Source: Spirochaetia bacterium
GTDB taxonomy: Bacteria; Spirochaetota; Spirochaetia; SZUA-6; Bin103
NCBI GenBank assembly: GCA_965203055.1
Contig: OZ241863.1
Coordinates: forward strand, 1,760,001-1,824,000
Direction of reading: 5' to 3'
DNA: 64,000 bases
A program made the position numbers and the translations under genes. Positions within the stretch are counted from its first letter, which is position 1; each line of letters begins with the position of its first letter. Of the stretch, positions 9,533 through 22,448 are shown piece by piece. A model generated the notes under the pieces. The model worked only from the letters and a program-made list of their open reading frames with translations. It was not told the origin of the DNA and did no database searches.

Positions 9533-9743
9533 CGATCCGAGCCAGAACCTGTTCTGGGCGCGCCAGACCCTGGCTGGCCAACAGCTTCGGGTGCAGGTAG
9601 GCGGGGGAGAGTGACCGGAGTCCCCGCCTGCCTGCCGGCGCCGGCGTGCGACCGTTCCTCGTAGTTACCTGAGGTCAGCAACGGCGGTCTTCGGGCAGTT
9701 GCCGGGCGCTCCGTCTCATGGTACCTAAGGGGAGACTGGCGAC

Positions 9744-10517
9744 ATGCTCGGATTTCTGGTCAAGAAGGCATTCTTCGACACCTGGGACAATCTGTTCCGG
9801 GTGCTGCTGCTCAACATCGGCTTCTACGCGCCGATCGCGCTGCTGGTGTACGCGCCGCTGCTCACCCCGCTGCTGCCGCTCACCCTCCTGCTGCAGGTAA
9901 TCGCGCTGGGCCTGTTCTGCATCTACACCGGGGGCGCGAGCGTGGTAGCCAGCGCCATCGCCGACTACCAATCGCCCGACTTCGCCGCCTTCTGGCAGGC
10001 AATCCGGGACACCTGCCCGACCACGCTGCTGTTCGCCCTGGTCAACAGCGTCTACTTCGTGATCCTCTCGGTCGCGTTCCAGGTGTACTCGGTGGTGGAG
10101 CAGCAGCTCCTCGGATTCCTCGGTCAGGTGATCCTGCTGTGGGTCACCGTGGGGTGGGTGCTGGCGGCGCAGTTCTTCTTTCCCATCCAGTCGCGGCTGG
10201 AGCGCAACCCGCGCAAGATGTTGCGCAAGATGCTGCTGCTGTTCTTCGACAACACCGGCTTCATGATCTTCCTTGCCTTCGGCGCGCTGGTGACGCTGGC
10301 CGCGTCGGTGTTCACCGGCGGCATCCTGCCGGGCCTGGGCGCGGTGCTGGTGTGGCACAACGCCGCCCTCAAGCTGCGCCTCTACAAGTACGACCACCTG
10401 GAGCAACACCCGGAGACCAACCGCAAGAAGATCCCCTGGGACGCGCTGCTGGTGGACGACCGGGATCGGGTGGGGAAGCGTACCCTGCGCGGGATGATCT
10501 TTCCGTGGAAGGAATAG
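9744..10517 (+). CDS. Multi-pass membrane protein, function unknown
   Basis: About 5-6 hydrophobic segments, GGAG upstream, typical codon usage, ends IFPWKE. Confidence 0.8.
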   Translation: MLGFLVKKAFFDTWDNLFRVLLLNIGFYAPIALLVYAPLLTPLLPLTLLLQVIALGLFCIYTGGASVVASAIADYQSPDFAAFWQAIRDTCPTTLLFALVNSVYFVILSVAFQVYSVVEQQLLGFLGQVILLWVTVGWVLAAQFFFPIQSRLERNPRKMLRKMLLLFFDNTGFMIFLAFGALVTLAASVFTGGILPGLGAVLVWHNAALKLRLYKYDHLEQHPETNRKKIPWDALLVDDRDRVGKRTLRGMIFPWKE

Positions 10518-10533
10518 CGGCGTTGCGGAGCGG

Positions 10534-10947
10534 TTACTCGATGTGCAGGCGGCGGCCCACCGCCTCGGCCTCGACCGCGGAGTTCAGGACCCCGGAGTTC
10601 TTGAGGAACATCCCCTCCCCCTCCATCACCTTCATGAGCCGCTGCAGGGCCCGGTTGGAGCTCAGCGTGGCCTTGGACACGAACGCGTAGCAGCGTTTGC
10701 CGGAGATCATTCCCGCCCCTTTCAGGTAGCGGGTCACCACCTCCGGAATCTTGCCGGTGAAGGTGGTAGTGGACTCCCCGCCAACGGCAATGTATTGATA
10801 GATGGTCAACTTGCTGTTCACGTCGTGGCCGCCGTCGATCACGTCCACCTGGTGGCCCTGCTCCTGCATGCCCTTGGCCAGCCCCTGCGCCAGGCCCAAC
10901 ATGCGCTTGCGACTCTTTCCCTCGAAGAACACTACCGCGGTACGCAT
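10534..10947 (-). CDS. Flavodoxin-like fold protein
   Basis: MRTAVVFF..LAQGLAKGMQEQGHQVDVID alpha/beta pattern. ATG at 10947 chosen. Confidence 0.65.
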   Translation of the reverse strand: MRTAVVFFEGKSRKRMLGLAQGLAKGMQEQGHQVDVIDGGHDVNSKLTIYQYIAVGGESTTTFTGKIPEVVTRYLKGAGMISGKRCYAFVSKATLSSNRALQRLMKVMEGEGMFLKNSGVLNSAVEAEAVGRRLHIE

Positions 10948-11014
10948 GATCGGGCCGCGCCAGTATACGGAAGCGTCCAAATGCCGGTCAACGGCGCGGC
11001 CGCCGCAGCGCTGC

Positions 11015-12325
11015 ATGCGGCGGCCGCGCTGGCGGACCCTGGCAACCGCCCTGCTCGCCGCCCTGACGCTCGCCGCGGCCTGCCCCACCGCCGGCGCCCC
11101 CGCGCAGCCGCCCGCCAGCGTGGTGTTGTCGGAGGCGGCGGCGCCCTACTACTCGCTGCAGTTGAGCGCCGACCGCCGGCAGTGGGTGGCGGTGTTCGCC
11201 GATGCCGCCGAACTGACGCTCAAGGTCGCCCGCGGGCCGTTGGCCGCCGCCGCGGCCGAGGTCAGTTCCGTCATCACCATCGACCGCATCGACGTGCCGC
11301 CGGGGATCAACCCCTACTTCGGGCGCCATGCCTACGTGCAGCATGAGGGGTTCGAACATCTGTTCTACAGCGATCAGGAACTGGCTGACGTGCGGGTCAC
11401 CAAGTGGGTGCACCGGGAAACGGCGAGCGCCGCGCCGTGGCTGGTGGACCTGTTGCCGGAGCCGCTGCTGCCGGTCGCCGTGCTGCGGGCGGCGGCCGCG
11501 CCGGCGGCCGCCGAGCCGGCGCCCGCAGCGCCGCAGTTCACCCTCTACGGACTGGTCGACGCGCCGGTCGAGGAGGATGGCGGGGTGGCGTTCGCCGCCT
11601 ACGGCGTGCGTCCGGAGGCCGCCGCCGACAGCGTGGCCGCGGCCGTGACCGGGCGGCGGGTGATCATGACCGTCACGGCGCCGGACATCGCGCCCGGCGC
11701 CGCCGGGCCGGCGGTGAGCGGCTACTCCTGCGCCGGCCGCCGCGGGTTCGCCGCCGCGGACGGCGGCGGCCTGCTGCTGGTGGAGGCGGCGCGGGAACCG
11801 CAGCGCATCTCCCTGCCGCCGCCGGCGGCGGCCGCCGACGGCTCGGCCGCCCTCGGCTGCGGCCCGCAGGGAATGGTGCTGGCGTTCACCCGCGAGGACC
11901 CGCGCGCCACGCGCACCAGCTCGGGACCCGCGCTGCAGGCGCGCGAAGTGGTGGCCGTGCCGGTGGACGCCGGCGGCGCCGAGATCAAGGTCACGCTGGC
12001 GCGCGACGTACGAGTATTGGCGGTGTTCCCGGAACCGCCGCTCGCCGGCGGCGGCCAGCCGGCCCTGTCGGTGCTGTTCTCGGAACTCGCTCTGGACGAC
12101 TCCGGCGCGCCGGAGCACCGCCTGGCGATGGTGACGCCCGATGCCGGCGGCACCTACCGCAAGCAGCTCCTGGTGCGCGGCGGGCAGCCGGTGCGCGACC
12201 TGCGCGCGGTGCGCCGCGGCGGCGAGCTGATCGTGGCGTTTCGGCGCGGGCGCGAACTGCGTCTGCTGCGCGCTCCCCTCGCCGGCCGCGGCCCAGCCGA
12301 GCCGCAGAGCGGCGGGAGCTGGTAG
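11015..12325 (+). CDS. Exported protein, probable lipoprotein
   Basis: MRRPRWRTLATALLAALTLAAAC lipobox-like leader followed by a beta-rich body. Confidence 0.65.
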   Translation: MRRPRWRTLATALLAALTLAAACPTAGAPAQPPASVVLSEAAAPYYSLQLSADRRQWVAVFADAAELTLKVARGPLAAAAAEVSSVITIDRIDVPPGINPYFGRHAYVQHEGFEHLFYSDQELADVRVTKWVHRETASAAPWLVDLLPEPLLPVAVLRAAAAPAAAEPAPAAPQFTLYGLVDAPVEEDGGVAFAAYGVRPEAAADSVAAAVTGRRVIMTVTAPDIAPGAAGPAVSGYSCAGRRGFAAADGGGLLLVEAAREPQRISLPPPAAAADGSAALGCGPQGMVLAFTREDPRATRTSSGPALQAREVVAVPVDAGGAEIKVTLARDVRVLAVFPEPPLAGGGQPALSVLFSELALDDSGAPEHRLAMVTPDAGGTYRKQLLVRGGQPVRDLRAVRRGGELIVAFRRGRELRLLRAPLAGRGPAEPQSGGSW

Positions 12326-12326
12326 C

Positions 12327-12761
12327 TCAGCGGGCGCCGCTGCCGTGGTGGCGCCGGGCGACCGCCAAGCGGGTGGCGGAGTGGCGCAGGACGTCGTGCG
12401 CGTGGCCCAGCTCGATGCCGGTCGGGCCTCGTTCCAGCGCTTCCCGGGCGCGGCGATGAGCTTCCTCGGCCAACTCCAGGTCGATGTCGGCGGCGTGCTC
12501 CGCCCGGTCGGCGAGCACCACCACGTGATCGGGCAGCACCTGCATCACGCCCCCGCCGATCGCCAGGTAGCGGTCCTGCAGCCCGTCGACCCGGATGACC
12601 AGCTCGCCATGCTGCAGGGCGGTCAACATCGGCTGGTGGCGCGGCAGGATGGCGACCACGCCGTCCGCGCCCGGCGCGATCACCATGCTCACCTCTTCGT
12701 CCAGCAACTGGCGTTCGATGGTGACGATCTCGAGCCGCAGGCGCCCGGCAGCGGGACTCAC
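12327..12761 (-). CDS. atpC: F1 ATP synthase epsilon subunit
   Basis: LEIVT.ER, PGADGVVAILPRHQP, LADRAE..DID; last gene of the operon. Confidence 0.95.
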   Translation of the reverse strand: MSPAAGRLRLEIVTIERQLLDEEVSMVIAPGADGVVAILPRHQPMLTALQHGELVIRVDGLQDRYLAIGGGVMQVLPDHVVVLADRAEHAADIDLELAEEAHRRAREALERGPTGIELGHAHDVLRHSATRLAVARRHHGSGAR

Positions 12762-12763
12762 CT

Positions 12764-15186
<2,423 letters not shown>

Positions 15187-15210
15187 GCCGGGTGCCTTTG
15201 GCCAGGCCCT

Positions 15211-16743
15211 TTAGGCCTGGTCCTCCTCCGCCACCTCGTAACCCGCCTGCCGGGTGTATGCCGCGACCGCCTCCGACAGGCTCCCGTCAAGTTCGTCGGT
15301 GATCTCCAATTGCGACTCGATGGCGCGCAGCAGGGCCGGTTGCGAGCCGGCGACGTGCCGGATCAGCCCCGCGGCGTAGTCGCCGATGGCGCTGGCCGGC
15401 ACCCGCTTGGCGAAGCCGCGGGTGAGGGCGAAGATTCCGATTACCTGCTGGGCCAGATCCTGCGGCTGGTACTGCGGCTGCTTGAGCAGCTCGGTCAGGC
15501 GCTGCCCGCGCTCCAACTGCGCGCGGGTGGTCGGATCCAGGTCGGAGCCAAACTGGGCGAACGCCGCCAGCGCGTAGTACTGGGCCAGCTCCAGGCGCAA
15601 CTGCCCGGCCACCTGCTTCATCGCCTTGGTCTGGGCGTCGCCGCCGACCCGGGAGACCGACAGGCCGACGTGCACCGCCGGCCGCTGGCCGGCGTTGAAC
15701 AGGTCCTCTTCCAGATAGATCTGGCCGTCGGTGATCGAGATCACGTTGGTGGGAACGTAGGCGCTGACGTCGCCGAGCAGGGTCTCGATGATCGGCAAGG
15801 CGGTGAGCGAGCCGCCGCCGCGTTGCGGGGAGAGCCGCGCCGCCCGCTCCAGCAGCCGCGAGTGCAGGTAGAACACGTCACCGGGATATGCCTCACGCCC
15901 CGGCGGGCGGCGCAGCAGCAGCGAGATCTGGCGGTACGCCCAGGCATGCTTGCTGAGGTCGTCGTAGACCACCAGCACGTCCTTGCCCTGCTCCATGAAG
16001 TATTCGCCGATGGCGCAGCCGGCATAGGGGGCGACGTACTGCTGCGGCGCCGAGGCGGCGGCTCCCGCCACCACCACGACGGTGTGCTCCATGGCGTCGT
16101 ACTCGCGCAGCGTGGCCACCACCTGCGCGACCTGCCCCTGCCGCTGGCCGATCGCCACGTAGACGCAGATCAGGTCCTTGCCCTTCTGGTTGATGATGGT
16201 GTCGACCGCGAGCGCGGTCTTGCCGGTCTGGCGGTCGCCGATGATGAGCTGGCGCTGGCCGCGCCCGATCGGGGTCATCGTATCGATCGCCTTGATCCCG
16301 GTCTGCACCGGGGTGTCGACGTTGACCCGTTCCACCACGCCCGGCGCCACCCGCTCGAGCGGCATGGCCGCGGCCGCGCGAATCGGCCCCTGGCCGTCCA
16401 GCGGGGCGCCGGCGGCGTCTACCACCCGTCCCAGCAGCGCCTCGCTGACCGGAATCGAGGCGATGCGGCCGGTGCCCTTGACCAGCGCGCCCTCTTCGAC
16501 GTGGGTGTAGGCGCCGACGATCACCGCGCCCACCTGATCCGGCTCCAGATTCAGGGCGATGCCCTGCACCGCGCCGGGGAACTCCAGCAGCTCGGTCGCC
16601 ATGACGCCGGACAGACCGCTGACGCGGGCGATGCCGTCTCCGACCGACAGCACCGTGCCCACCTCGCTGGCCTCCAGCGGCGCCTCGAAGCCGTCGATGC
16701 GGCGCCGAATCTCACTGGTAATCCGGTCGAGCTTGAAATCCAT
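15211..16743 (-). CDS. atpA: F1 ATP synthase alpha subunit
   Basis: [38 protein letters not shown]. Confidence 0.99.
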   Translation of the reverse strand: MDFKLDRITSEIRRRIDGFEAPLEASEVGTVLSVGDGIARVSGLSGVMATELLEFPGAVQGIALNLEPDQVGAVIVGAYTHVEEGALVKGTGRIASIPVSEALLGRVVDAAGAPLDGQGPIRAAAAMPLERVAPGVVERVNVDTPVQTGIKAIDTMTPIGRGQRQLIIGDRQTGKTALAVDTIINQKGKDLICVYVAIGQRQGQVAQVVATLREYDAMEHTVVVVAGAAASAPQQYVAPYAGCAIGEYFMEQGKDVLVVYDDLSKHAWAYRQISLLLRRPPGREAYPGDVFYLHSRLLERAARLSPQRGGGSLTALPIIETLLGDVSAYVPTNVISITDGQIYLEEDLFNAGQRPAVHVGLSVSRVGGDAQTKAMKQVAGQLRLELAQYYALAAFAQFGSDLDPTTRAQLERGQRLTELLKQPQYQPQDLAQQVIGIFALTRGFAKRVPASAIGDYAAGLIRHVAGSQPALLRAIESQLEITDELDGSLSEAVAAYTRQAGYEVAEEDQA

Positions 16744-16749
16744 GATCGG

Positions 16750-17268
16750 TCAGTCTCCTCGCACCAGCGCGCTGTCGATCGCCTGCAGCCGGGCCTGCAC
16801 GCTGCCGTCCAGCACCTGGTCTCCGATGCGCACCACCGCGCCGCCCACGATGTCCGCGTCCACCGCGAAGGAGACCTCCAGGTCGGCGCCGCGGTCCTGC
16901 CGCAACGTGCGCACGAAGCGCTGCCGTTCGCCGGCGTCCAGCGCGTAGGCGGTGGTGACGATCGCCATGCGCGCCTGCGGGCCCGCGCTGGCCATCGCCC
17001 CCATCCAGTCGACGATGGCCGGCAACTGCCCCAGGTCGCCGCGTTCCAGCAGCGTGAACAGGAAGTTGCGGCACGCGGCGCCGGCGCCGGCGGGCAGCAG
17101 CTCCTCCAGCCGCCGCCGGCGGGCGCCGAACTCCGCGCTACGGTCGCTGAGCTGCGCGAGCACCTGCGGTTCCCGTTCCAACTGCCCCTGCAGCGCGCGC
17201 AACGCGCTCAACCAGGGCGCGGCCGCGGCCGCGAACGCGGCCAGCGCATAGTTCCGCGCGTCGGTCAC
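16750..17268 (-). CDS. atpH: F1 ATP synthase delta subunit
   Basis: GTG start overlaps the atpF TGA. ARNYA..., VDADIVGGAVVRIGDQVLDGSV. Confidence 0.93.
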   Translation of the reverse strand: MTDARNYALAAFAAAAAPWLSALRALQGQLEREPQVLAQLSDRSAEFGARRRRLEELLPAGAGAACRNFLFTLLERGDLGQLPAIVDWMGAMASAGPQARMAIVTTAYALDAGERQRFVRTLRQDRGADLEVSFAVDADIVGGAVVRIGDQVLDGSVQARLQAIDSALVRGD

Positions 17269-17762
17269 CTGCCGCCCTCGCCCAGCTCCCGTACGAACTG
17301 ATCGACCAGCCGCCGCTGGGCGGCCTGATCGAGGGCCGCGCCGATTACCTTGCGGGAGATGGCCAGGGCCAGTTCCGCGGTCTGCCGCTGCAGCTCCGCC
17401 GCCGCCTGCCCGCGCTCCTGCTCGATCTCCTCGCGCGCGCGCTCCTTGATCTCCTCCGCCTCCTGTTCGGCCTTCCGCAGCACCTCGTGGCGTACCTGTT
17501 CCGCCTGCTGCGCCAACCGGGCAGCTTCCTCCTGGGCCGCGCCGCGCGCCTCCTGCAGCTCGCGTTCGAACTTGGCGCGCTGGTCGGCGGCCTCGGCCGC
17601 GGCGCGGTCGGCGGCGTCGAGCCCCTCGGCGATGCGCTGCTTGCGCCCCTCCAGCATCTGCTTGAGCGGCTTGTAGAGCAGCAGGCGCAACAGCACCACC
17701 AGGATCACGAAGTTGACCGCGTAGGCGAGCAACCCGAAGGCCGAGAGGCCGAGAGCTTCCAC
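17265..17762 (-). CDS. atpF: Fo ATP synthase b subunit
   Basis: N-terminal TM (VNFVILVVLL..YKPL) followed by a coiled coil. Confidence 0.95.
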   Translation of the reverse strand: MEALGLSAFGLLAYAVNFVILVVLLRLLLYKPLKQMLEGRKQRIAEGLDAADRAAAEAADQRAKFERELQEARGAAQEEAARLAQQAEQVRHEVLRKAEQEAEEIKERAREEIEQERGQAAAELQRQTAELALAISRKVIGAALDQAAQRRLVDQFVRELGEGGR

Positions 17763-17777
17763 GGTAAGCCTGGGGAC

Positions 17778-18038
<261 letters not shown>

Positions 18039-18047
18039 CTAGTTGAC

Positions 18048-18068
18048 GCAGGACCGCGGCGGTCCTGC
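18048..18068. other. Inverted repeat/hairpin between atpB and atpE
   Basis: GCAGGACCG-cgg-CGGTCCTGC. An mRNA-stability role is inference. Confidence 0.45.
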
Positions 18069-18110
18069 CGAGATGAAGGCGATTGGTGTTGAGCGCCGGC
18101 GCCGTCATGG

Positions 18111-19040
18111 TCAGTGCTCCTCATGCTGCTCGGTGGCCAGGTGGAAGAACGCCAGCGAGAGGATGAAGAACACGAACGCCTGAATCAGGCCGACGAACAT
18201 CTCCAGACCGAAGAACACCACTACCAGCACCAGCGACACCAGACTGCTGATCACGATCAGGATCACTTCTCCGGCGAAGATGTTGCCGAACAGCCGGAAC
18301 GAGAACGACACGATCTTGGTGAGCTCGCTCAGCCCCTCGAACAAGCCGACGAAGATGTCCACCAGGCCCATGGCGATGCCCTTGGTGCGCAGGCTCTTGA
18401 AGCGGAAGAACTGTCCGAGATAGCCCACGCCGCGGCTCCAGAAGCCGAACACCTGGACCATGAACATGGTGATCAGAGCCAACGTCAGGGTGAGGTTGAG
18501 GTCGCTGCTCGGAGCGCGCAGCAGCGGCACGATGACGAACTTGTCGTGCCCGGCGCCGCCGTGCGCTTCATGCTCGGCCAGCACCTGCTCCGCGCTGCCG
18601 CGCAGGAACACGATCTGGTCCGCGCTCAGGGTGCCGTGATCGCTGGCGTGGATCAGCCCGATGCTGCCGAAGGCCGGACCGAGGATCCCGAACCAGTTGC
18701 ATACCAGCAGAAAGATGAAGATGGTGACGCAGATGGGGAAGAAGCGCGGCGCCCAGGTGCGCGTCGCCGTCTGATTCACCAGGTTGTCGAGCGCTTCGAT
18801 CAGCGCCTCGATGGCATTCTGCAGCCCGCCGGGCCGCAACTTCAGATTGCGCCCCACGAAGAACGCGACCAGCAGGATCAAGGCGCTGAGGAGGAACGAA
18901 GTGAGCAGCGCATTGGTAAAGACCGGCCCCAGCCCGATCGGTTCGGCGGCCACCTCGATCGCCGCCCGCGGCACCGGCAGCAGCAGGTTGCCAACCACGA
19001 TCACTGCCAGCGCGAGCAGGATCAGCAGGGCGATCTTCAT
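18111..19040 (-). CDS. atpB: Fo ATP synthase a subunit
   Basis: PSSDLNLT, SFSFRLFGNIFAGE, LEMFVGLIQAFVFFIL. Confidence 0.97.
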   Translation of the reverse strand: MKIALLILLALAVIVVGNLLLPVPRAAIEVAAEPIGLGPVFTNALLTSFLLSALILLVAFFVGRNLKLRPGGLQNAIEALIEALDNLVNQTATRTWAPRFFPICVTIFIFLLVCNWFGILGPAFGSIGLIHASDHGTLSADQIVFLRGSAEQVLAEHEAHGGAGHDKFVIVPLLRAPSSDLNLTLTLALITMFMVQVFGFWSRGVGYLGQFFRFKSLRTKGIAMGLVDIFVGLFEGLSELTKIVSFSFRLFGNIFAGEVILIVISSLVSLVLVVVFFGLEMFVGLIQAFVFFILSLAFFHLATEQHEEH

Positions 19041-19046
19041 CGGCCG

Positions 19047-19577
19047 CTACGATTCGTCCGCGGCGGCGGCCGCTTCCCCGGCCGGCGCCGCCCCGTCAGC
19101 CGGCGCCGCGGCGGCTGGCGCGGCCGCGGGCTCCTCCGCCGGCGGCGCGGCGTTCTCCGCCGCGGCGGCGGGCGCGGGCGCTTCCCCCGCCGGATCCGCG
19201 CCGGCGGCGGTCGCGGCCGCCGCGGCCGGCGCAACCTGTTCCTCGGTCAGGAGTTCGGGCGGCGGCGCCTCCACCCACCAGTCGGAGCGCTCGATGCCGA
19301 GCAGGCGCTCGGCGCGGGCGCGGCCAATGACGTTGCCGGCTTCCGGGGTACGGTTGATCCAGGCCAGGGCGAAGGCCGCTACCAGGAAGATGATCGCCAG
19401 TACGGTGGTGAGCCGGGTCAGCACGTTGCCGGTGCGCGCCCCGAACGGGGTGCCGCTGCCGCCGCCGAACATGGCGCCGATGCCGCCGCCCTGATCGTCC
19501 TGGATCAAAACGACGGCCATCAACAACAGCGCGCTGACGACGAATACCACGAGGATGAGAACGGAAATTACTGCCAT
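19047..19577 (-). CDS. secG: Preprotein translocase subunit SecG with long Ala/Pro-rich tail
   Basis: VLIQ..GGGIGAMFGGG..FG..NVLTRLT; follows tpiA. Confidence 0.92.
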   Translation of the reverse strand: MAVISVLILVVFVVSALLLMAVVLIQDDQGGGIGAMFGGGSGTPFGARTGNVLTRLTTVLAIIFLVAAFALAWINRTPEAGNVIGRARAERLLGIERSDWWVEAPPPELLTEEQVAPAAAAATAAGADPAGEAPAPAAAAENAAPPAEEPAAAPAAAAPADGAAPAGEAAAAADES

Positions 19578-19647
19578 GCCGTGACGGCGCCGCGGCGGCA
19601 GGCGCTACGGTGCCGATGCCAACTATACCAACGCGCCGCTAGTCGAA

Positions 19648-20433
19648 TCAATCGCCGGAAGCCGGCGCCGTGAGCGCGGCCGCGACGATGCGCGCGAAGC
19701 TGGCCGCGGCGAGCGAGGCGCCACCCACCAGCAGGCCGTCGACGCCGTCGCAGGCGAGCAGCGCGGCGGCGTTGTCCGGCTTTACCGAGCCGCCGTACTG
19801 GATCACCAGGTCTTGCGCCGCGGCGGCGCCGGCCAGCTCGGCCACCACCGCGCGCGCCGCGCGGTGCATCTCGCCGGCGTCCGCCGGCGTGGCGGTGCGC
19901 CCGGTGCCGATCGCCCACACCGGCTCGTAGGCGACGGTGACGCGCCGCAGTGCCCCGGCGCCGCGCCCGGCCAGCGCCGCGCGGAGCTGGCGCCCGACGA
20001 CCTCCTCGGCGGCGCCCGCTTCCCGTTCCGCCAGGGTCTCGCCGACGCACAGCACCACTTCCAGGCCGGCCGCCAGCGCCGCGGTTACCTTGCGCGCAAT
20101 CAGCGCGTCGTCCTCGCCGTACACGTGCCGGCGCTCGGAGTGGCCCACGATTACCAGGCCCACGCCCAGCGCTTGCAGCATGGCGCAGGAGATCTCCCCG
20201 GTATGCGCGCCGGCCGCTTCCGGGTTCACGTTCTGCGCTCCCAGCTCCACCGCGCTGCGGCGCAGCACCTCGCCTACCACGGCCAGCGCCGTGAACGGCG
20301 GCGCCACCATGACTCGCGCCGGCGGCGCTGCCAGCCACCCCGCCACCTCGGACGCCAGCGCGGCCGCTTCGAGGTGGGTGCCGTGCATCTTCCAGTTGCC
20401 GGCTATGAACGGCTTCTTGCGCTTGGTATTCAT
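19648..20433 (-). CDS. tpiA: Triosephosphate isomerase
   Basis: IAGNWKM, GHSERR, AYEPVWAIGTG, YGGSVKP, LVGGASL; ATGA overlap with pgk. Confidence 0.98.
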   Translation of the reverse strand: MNTKRKKPFIAGNWKMHGTHLEAAALASEVAGWLAAPPARVMVAPPFTALAVVGEVLRRSAVELGAQNVNPEAAGAHTGEISCAMLQALGVGLVIVGHSERRHVYGEDDALIARKVTAALAAGLEVVLCVGETLAEREAGAAEEVVGRQLRAALAGRGAGALRRVTVAYEPVWAIGTGRTATPADAGEMHRAARAVVAELAGAAAAQDLVIQYGGSVKPDNAAALLACDGVDGLLVGGASLAAASFARIVAAALTAPASGD

Positions 20434-21620
20434 GACTCCTCCTGCAGCGCGGCCACGCCGGGCAGCGCGCGCCCTTCGAGCAGCTCCAGCGACGCGCCGC
20501 CCCCGGTCGAGACGTGGGTGATGCGGCCGGCCACCCCGGCCGCGTTGATCGCCGCCAGCGAATCGCCGCCGCCCACCACGGTGGTTCCCGGGCACTCCGC
20601 CACCGCCTGAGCCACGGCATGGGTGCCGGCGGCGAACGGGGCCAGTTCGCAGATCCCCATCGGCCCGTTCCACATTACGGTGCGCGCCGCGGCGATGCGC
20701 GCCTCAAACAGCGCCCTGGTGCGCGGGCCGATGTCCACCCCGACGGCGCCGCCGGGAATCGCCGCATGCGGCGTGACGGCGTGCGCCGCGGCGGCGCTGA
20801 CGGCCGCGGCCGCCACGTGGTCGCAGGGCAGCGCCAGCTCCACCCCGAGCTCGCCGGCGCGGCGCAGCAGCTCGCCGGCCGCGGCCACCAGGTCCGGCTC
20901 CACCAGCGAGCCGCCGACCGCGACCCCGCGCGCCTGCAGGAAGGTGTAGGCCATTCCCCCGCCGATCAGCAGCGAGTCCACCTTGGGCAGCAGGTGGTCG
21001 AGGACCGCGGCCTTGGAGGAAACCTTGGCGCCGCCGACCAGCGCCACGAACGGGCGCGCGGGCGCGGCGAGCAGTTGCGTCAGCACGGCAACCTCGCGCT
21101 CCATGAGCAGCCCGGCGGCGGCCGGCAGATGGCGCGCCACCAGGGCGGTCGAGGCGTGGGCGCGATGGGCGGCGCCGAACGCGTCGTTCACGTAGGCGCC
21201 GCCCAGGGCGGCCAGACGGCGCGCGAACGCGGCGTCGCCGGCCTCCTCCTCGGGATGGAACCGCAGGTTCTCGAGCAGCAGCACGCCGCCCGGCGGCAGT
21301 TCGGCCGCCAGCCGCTCCACCTCGGGACCGACGCAGTCGGGGGCCATCGTTACCGGGCGCCCGAGCAGCGCGCCGAGACAGGCGGCGACCGGCGCCAGGC
21401 TCAGCGCCGCGCGGGGTCTGCCCTTGGGCCGGCCCAGATGGCTCATCAACACCACGCTGGCCCCCGGCTGGTCGAGAATGGCGCGCAGCGTGGGGAGCGC
21501 CGCCCGGATGCGCGTATCGTCCGACACCGCCCCCTCCGCGAGCGGCACGTTGAAGTCGACGCGCAGCAGCACGCGCCGGCCGGCCAGGGCAAGATCGGTC
21601 AGCGCAGGCACCCGCGGCAC
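20430..21620 (-). CDS. pgk: Phosphoglycerate kinase
   Basis: RVDFNVP, SHLGRP, LLENLRF, NDAFGAAHRAH, STGGGASLE. Confidence 0.98.
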   Translation of the reverse strand: MPRVPALTDLALAGRRVLLRVDFNVPLAEGAVSDDTRIRAALPTLRAILDQPGASVVLMSHLGRPKGRPRAALSLAPVAACLGALLGRPVTMAPDCVGPEVERLAAELPPGGVLLLENLRFHPEEEAGDAAFARRLAALGGAYVNDAFGAAHRAHASTALVARHLPAAAGLLMEREVAVLTQLLAAPARPFVALVGGAKVSSKAAVLDHLLPKVDSLLIGGGMAYTFLQARGVAVGGSLVEPDLVAAAGELLRRAGELGVELALPCDHVAAAAVSAAAAHAVTPHAAIPGGAVGVDIGPRTRALFEARIAAARTVMWNGPMGICELAPFAAGTHAVAQAVAECPGTTVVGGGDSLAAINAAGVAGRITHVSTGGGASLELLEGRALPGVAALQEES

Positions 21621-21622
21621 CG

Positions 21623-22447
21623 CTAACCCTCCTCCCCGGCGCTGCCGCCGCTGCCGGCGCCCGCGGCAGCGCCGCGGCGGACCACGATCTTGACGCTGGT
21701 GACGCGGTTCCCCTCCATCTGCTGGATGACGAAGTCGGCCATGCCGTAGCTCTCCTTCTCGTACTTCACCGGAATCTTGCCGAACAGATCGAATACGAAG
21801 CCGCCAAGGGTTTCGAAATCGTCCGCCGGCAGGTCGAACTCCGAGTATTCGTTCAGTTCATCGAGGCCCACGCGCGCGTCGCAGAGGTAGATGCCCTCGG
21901 CGATCTTCTGGATCTCGTCGGCCTCGTCGTCGAATTCGTCCTGGATGTCGCCGACGATCTGTTCGATCACGTCTTCGAGGCAGACGATGCCGGAGGTGCC
22001 GCCGTACTCGTCCACGATCACGGCGATGTGCACGTGGCGAAGCTGGAATTCACGCAGCAGTTCATCGACCTTCTTGCTCTCCGGAACGAAGTAGGGACGG
22101 CGCATGATGCGCTCCAGTTCCGGCTCCTGCGCGGCGCCGTTGGCGGCGGCCGACGCCTGCGAGCGCAACAGGTCCTTGGCGTAGACCACCCCTACGATGT
22201 TGTCCATGTTCTGGTGGTAGACCGGCAGCCGCGAATGGCCGCTGGCGGCCACCTGTTCCACCAGCGTCTCGGCGGGCGTGTCCAATGGCACCGAAATCAC
22301 GTCGGGCCGCGGCACCATGATCTCCTTCACCGTGCTGCGGGACAGCTCGACGACGCCCTGGATCATCTCCCTGGCGGCGCCGTCGAGTCTGGCTAGGTCG
22401 TCCTCGTCCGAATCCGCTCGGCCGAGCAGCTTCTCCAGGAACCCCAT
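21623..22447 (-). CDS. CBS-CorC (HlyC/CorC, YbeX-like) protein
   Basis: VKEIMVPR, HSRLPVY, VDEYGGTSGIV.LED..E.IVGDI.DEFD, FETLGGFV. Confidence 0.92.
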   Translation of the reverse strand: MGFLEKLLGRADSDEDDLARLDGAAREMIQGVVELSRSTVKEIMVPRPDVISVPLDTPAETLVEQVAASGHSRLPVYHQNMDNIVGVVYAKDLLRSQASAAANGAAQEPELERIMRRPYFVPESKKVDELLREFQLRHVHIAVIVDEYGGTSGIVCLEDVIEQIVGDIQDEFDDEADEIQKIAEGIYLCDARVGLDELNEYSEFDLPADDFETLGGFVFDLFGKIPVKYEKESYGMADFVIQQMEGNRVTSVKIVVRRGAAAGAGSGGSAGEEG

Positions 22448-22448
22448 T

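Noticed and set aside
20430..22447. Absence of gap upstream of pgk
   Set aside because: Ordinary gene-order variation; gap may lie elsewhere in the genome.
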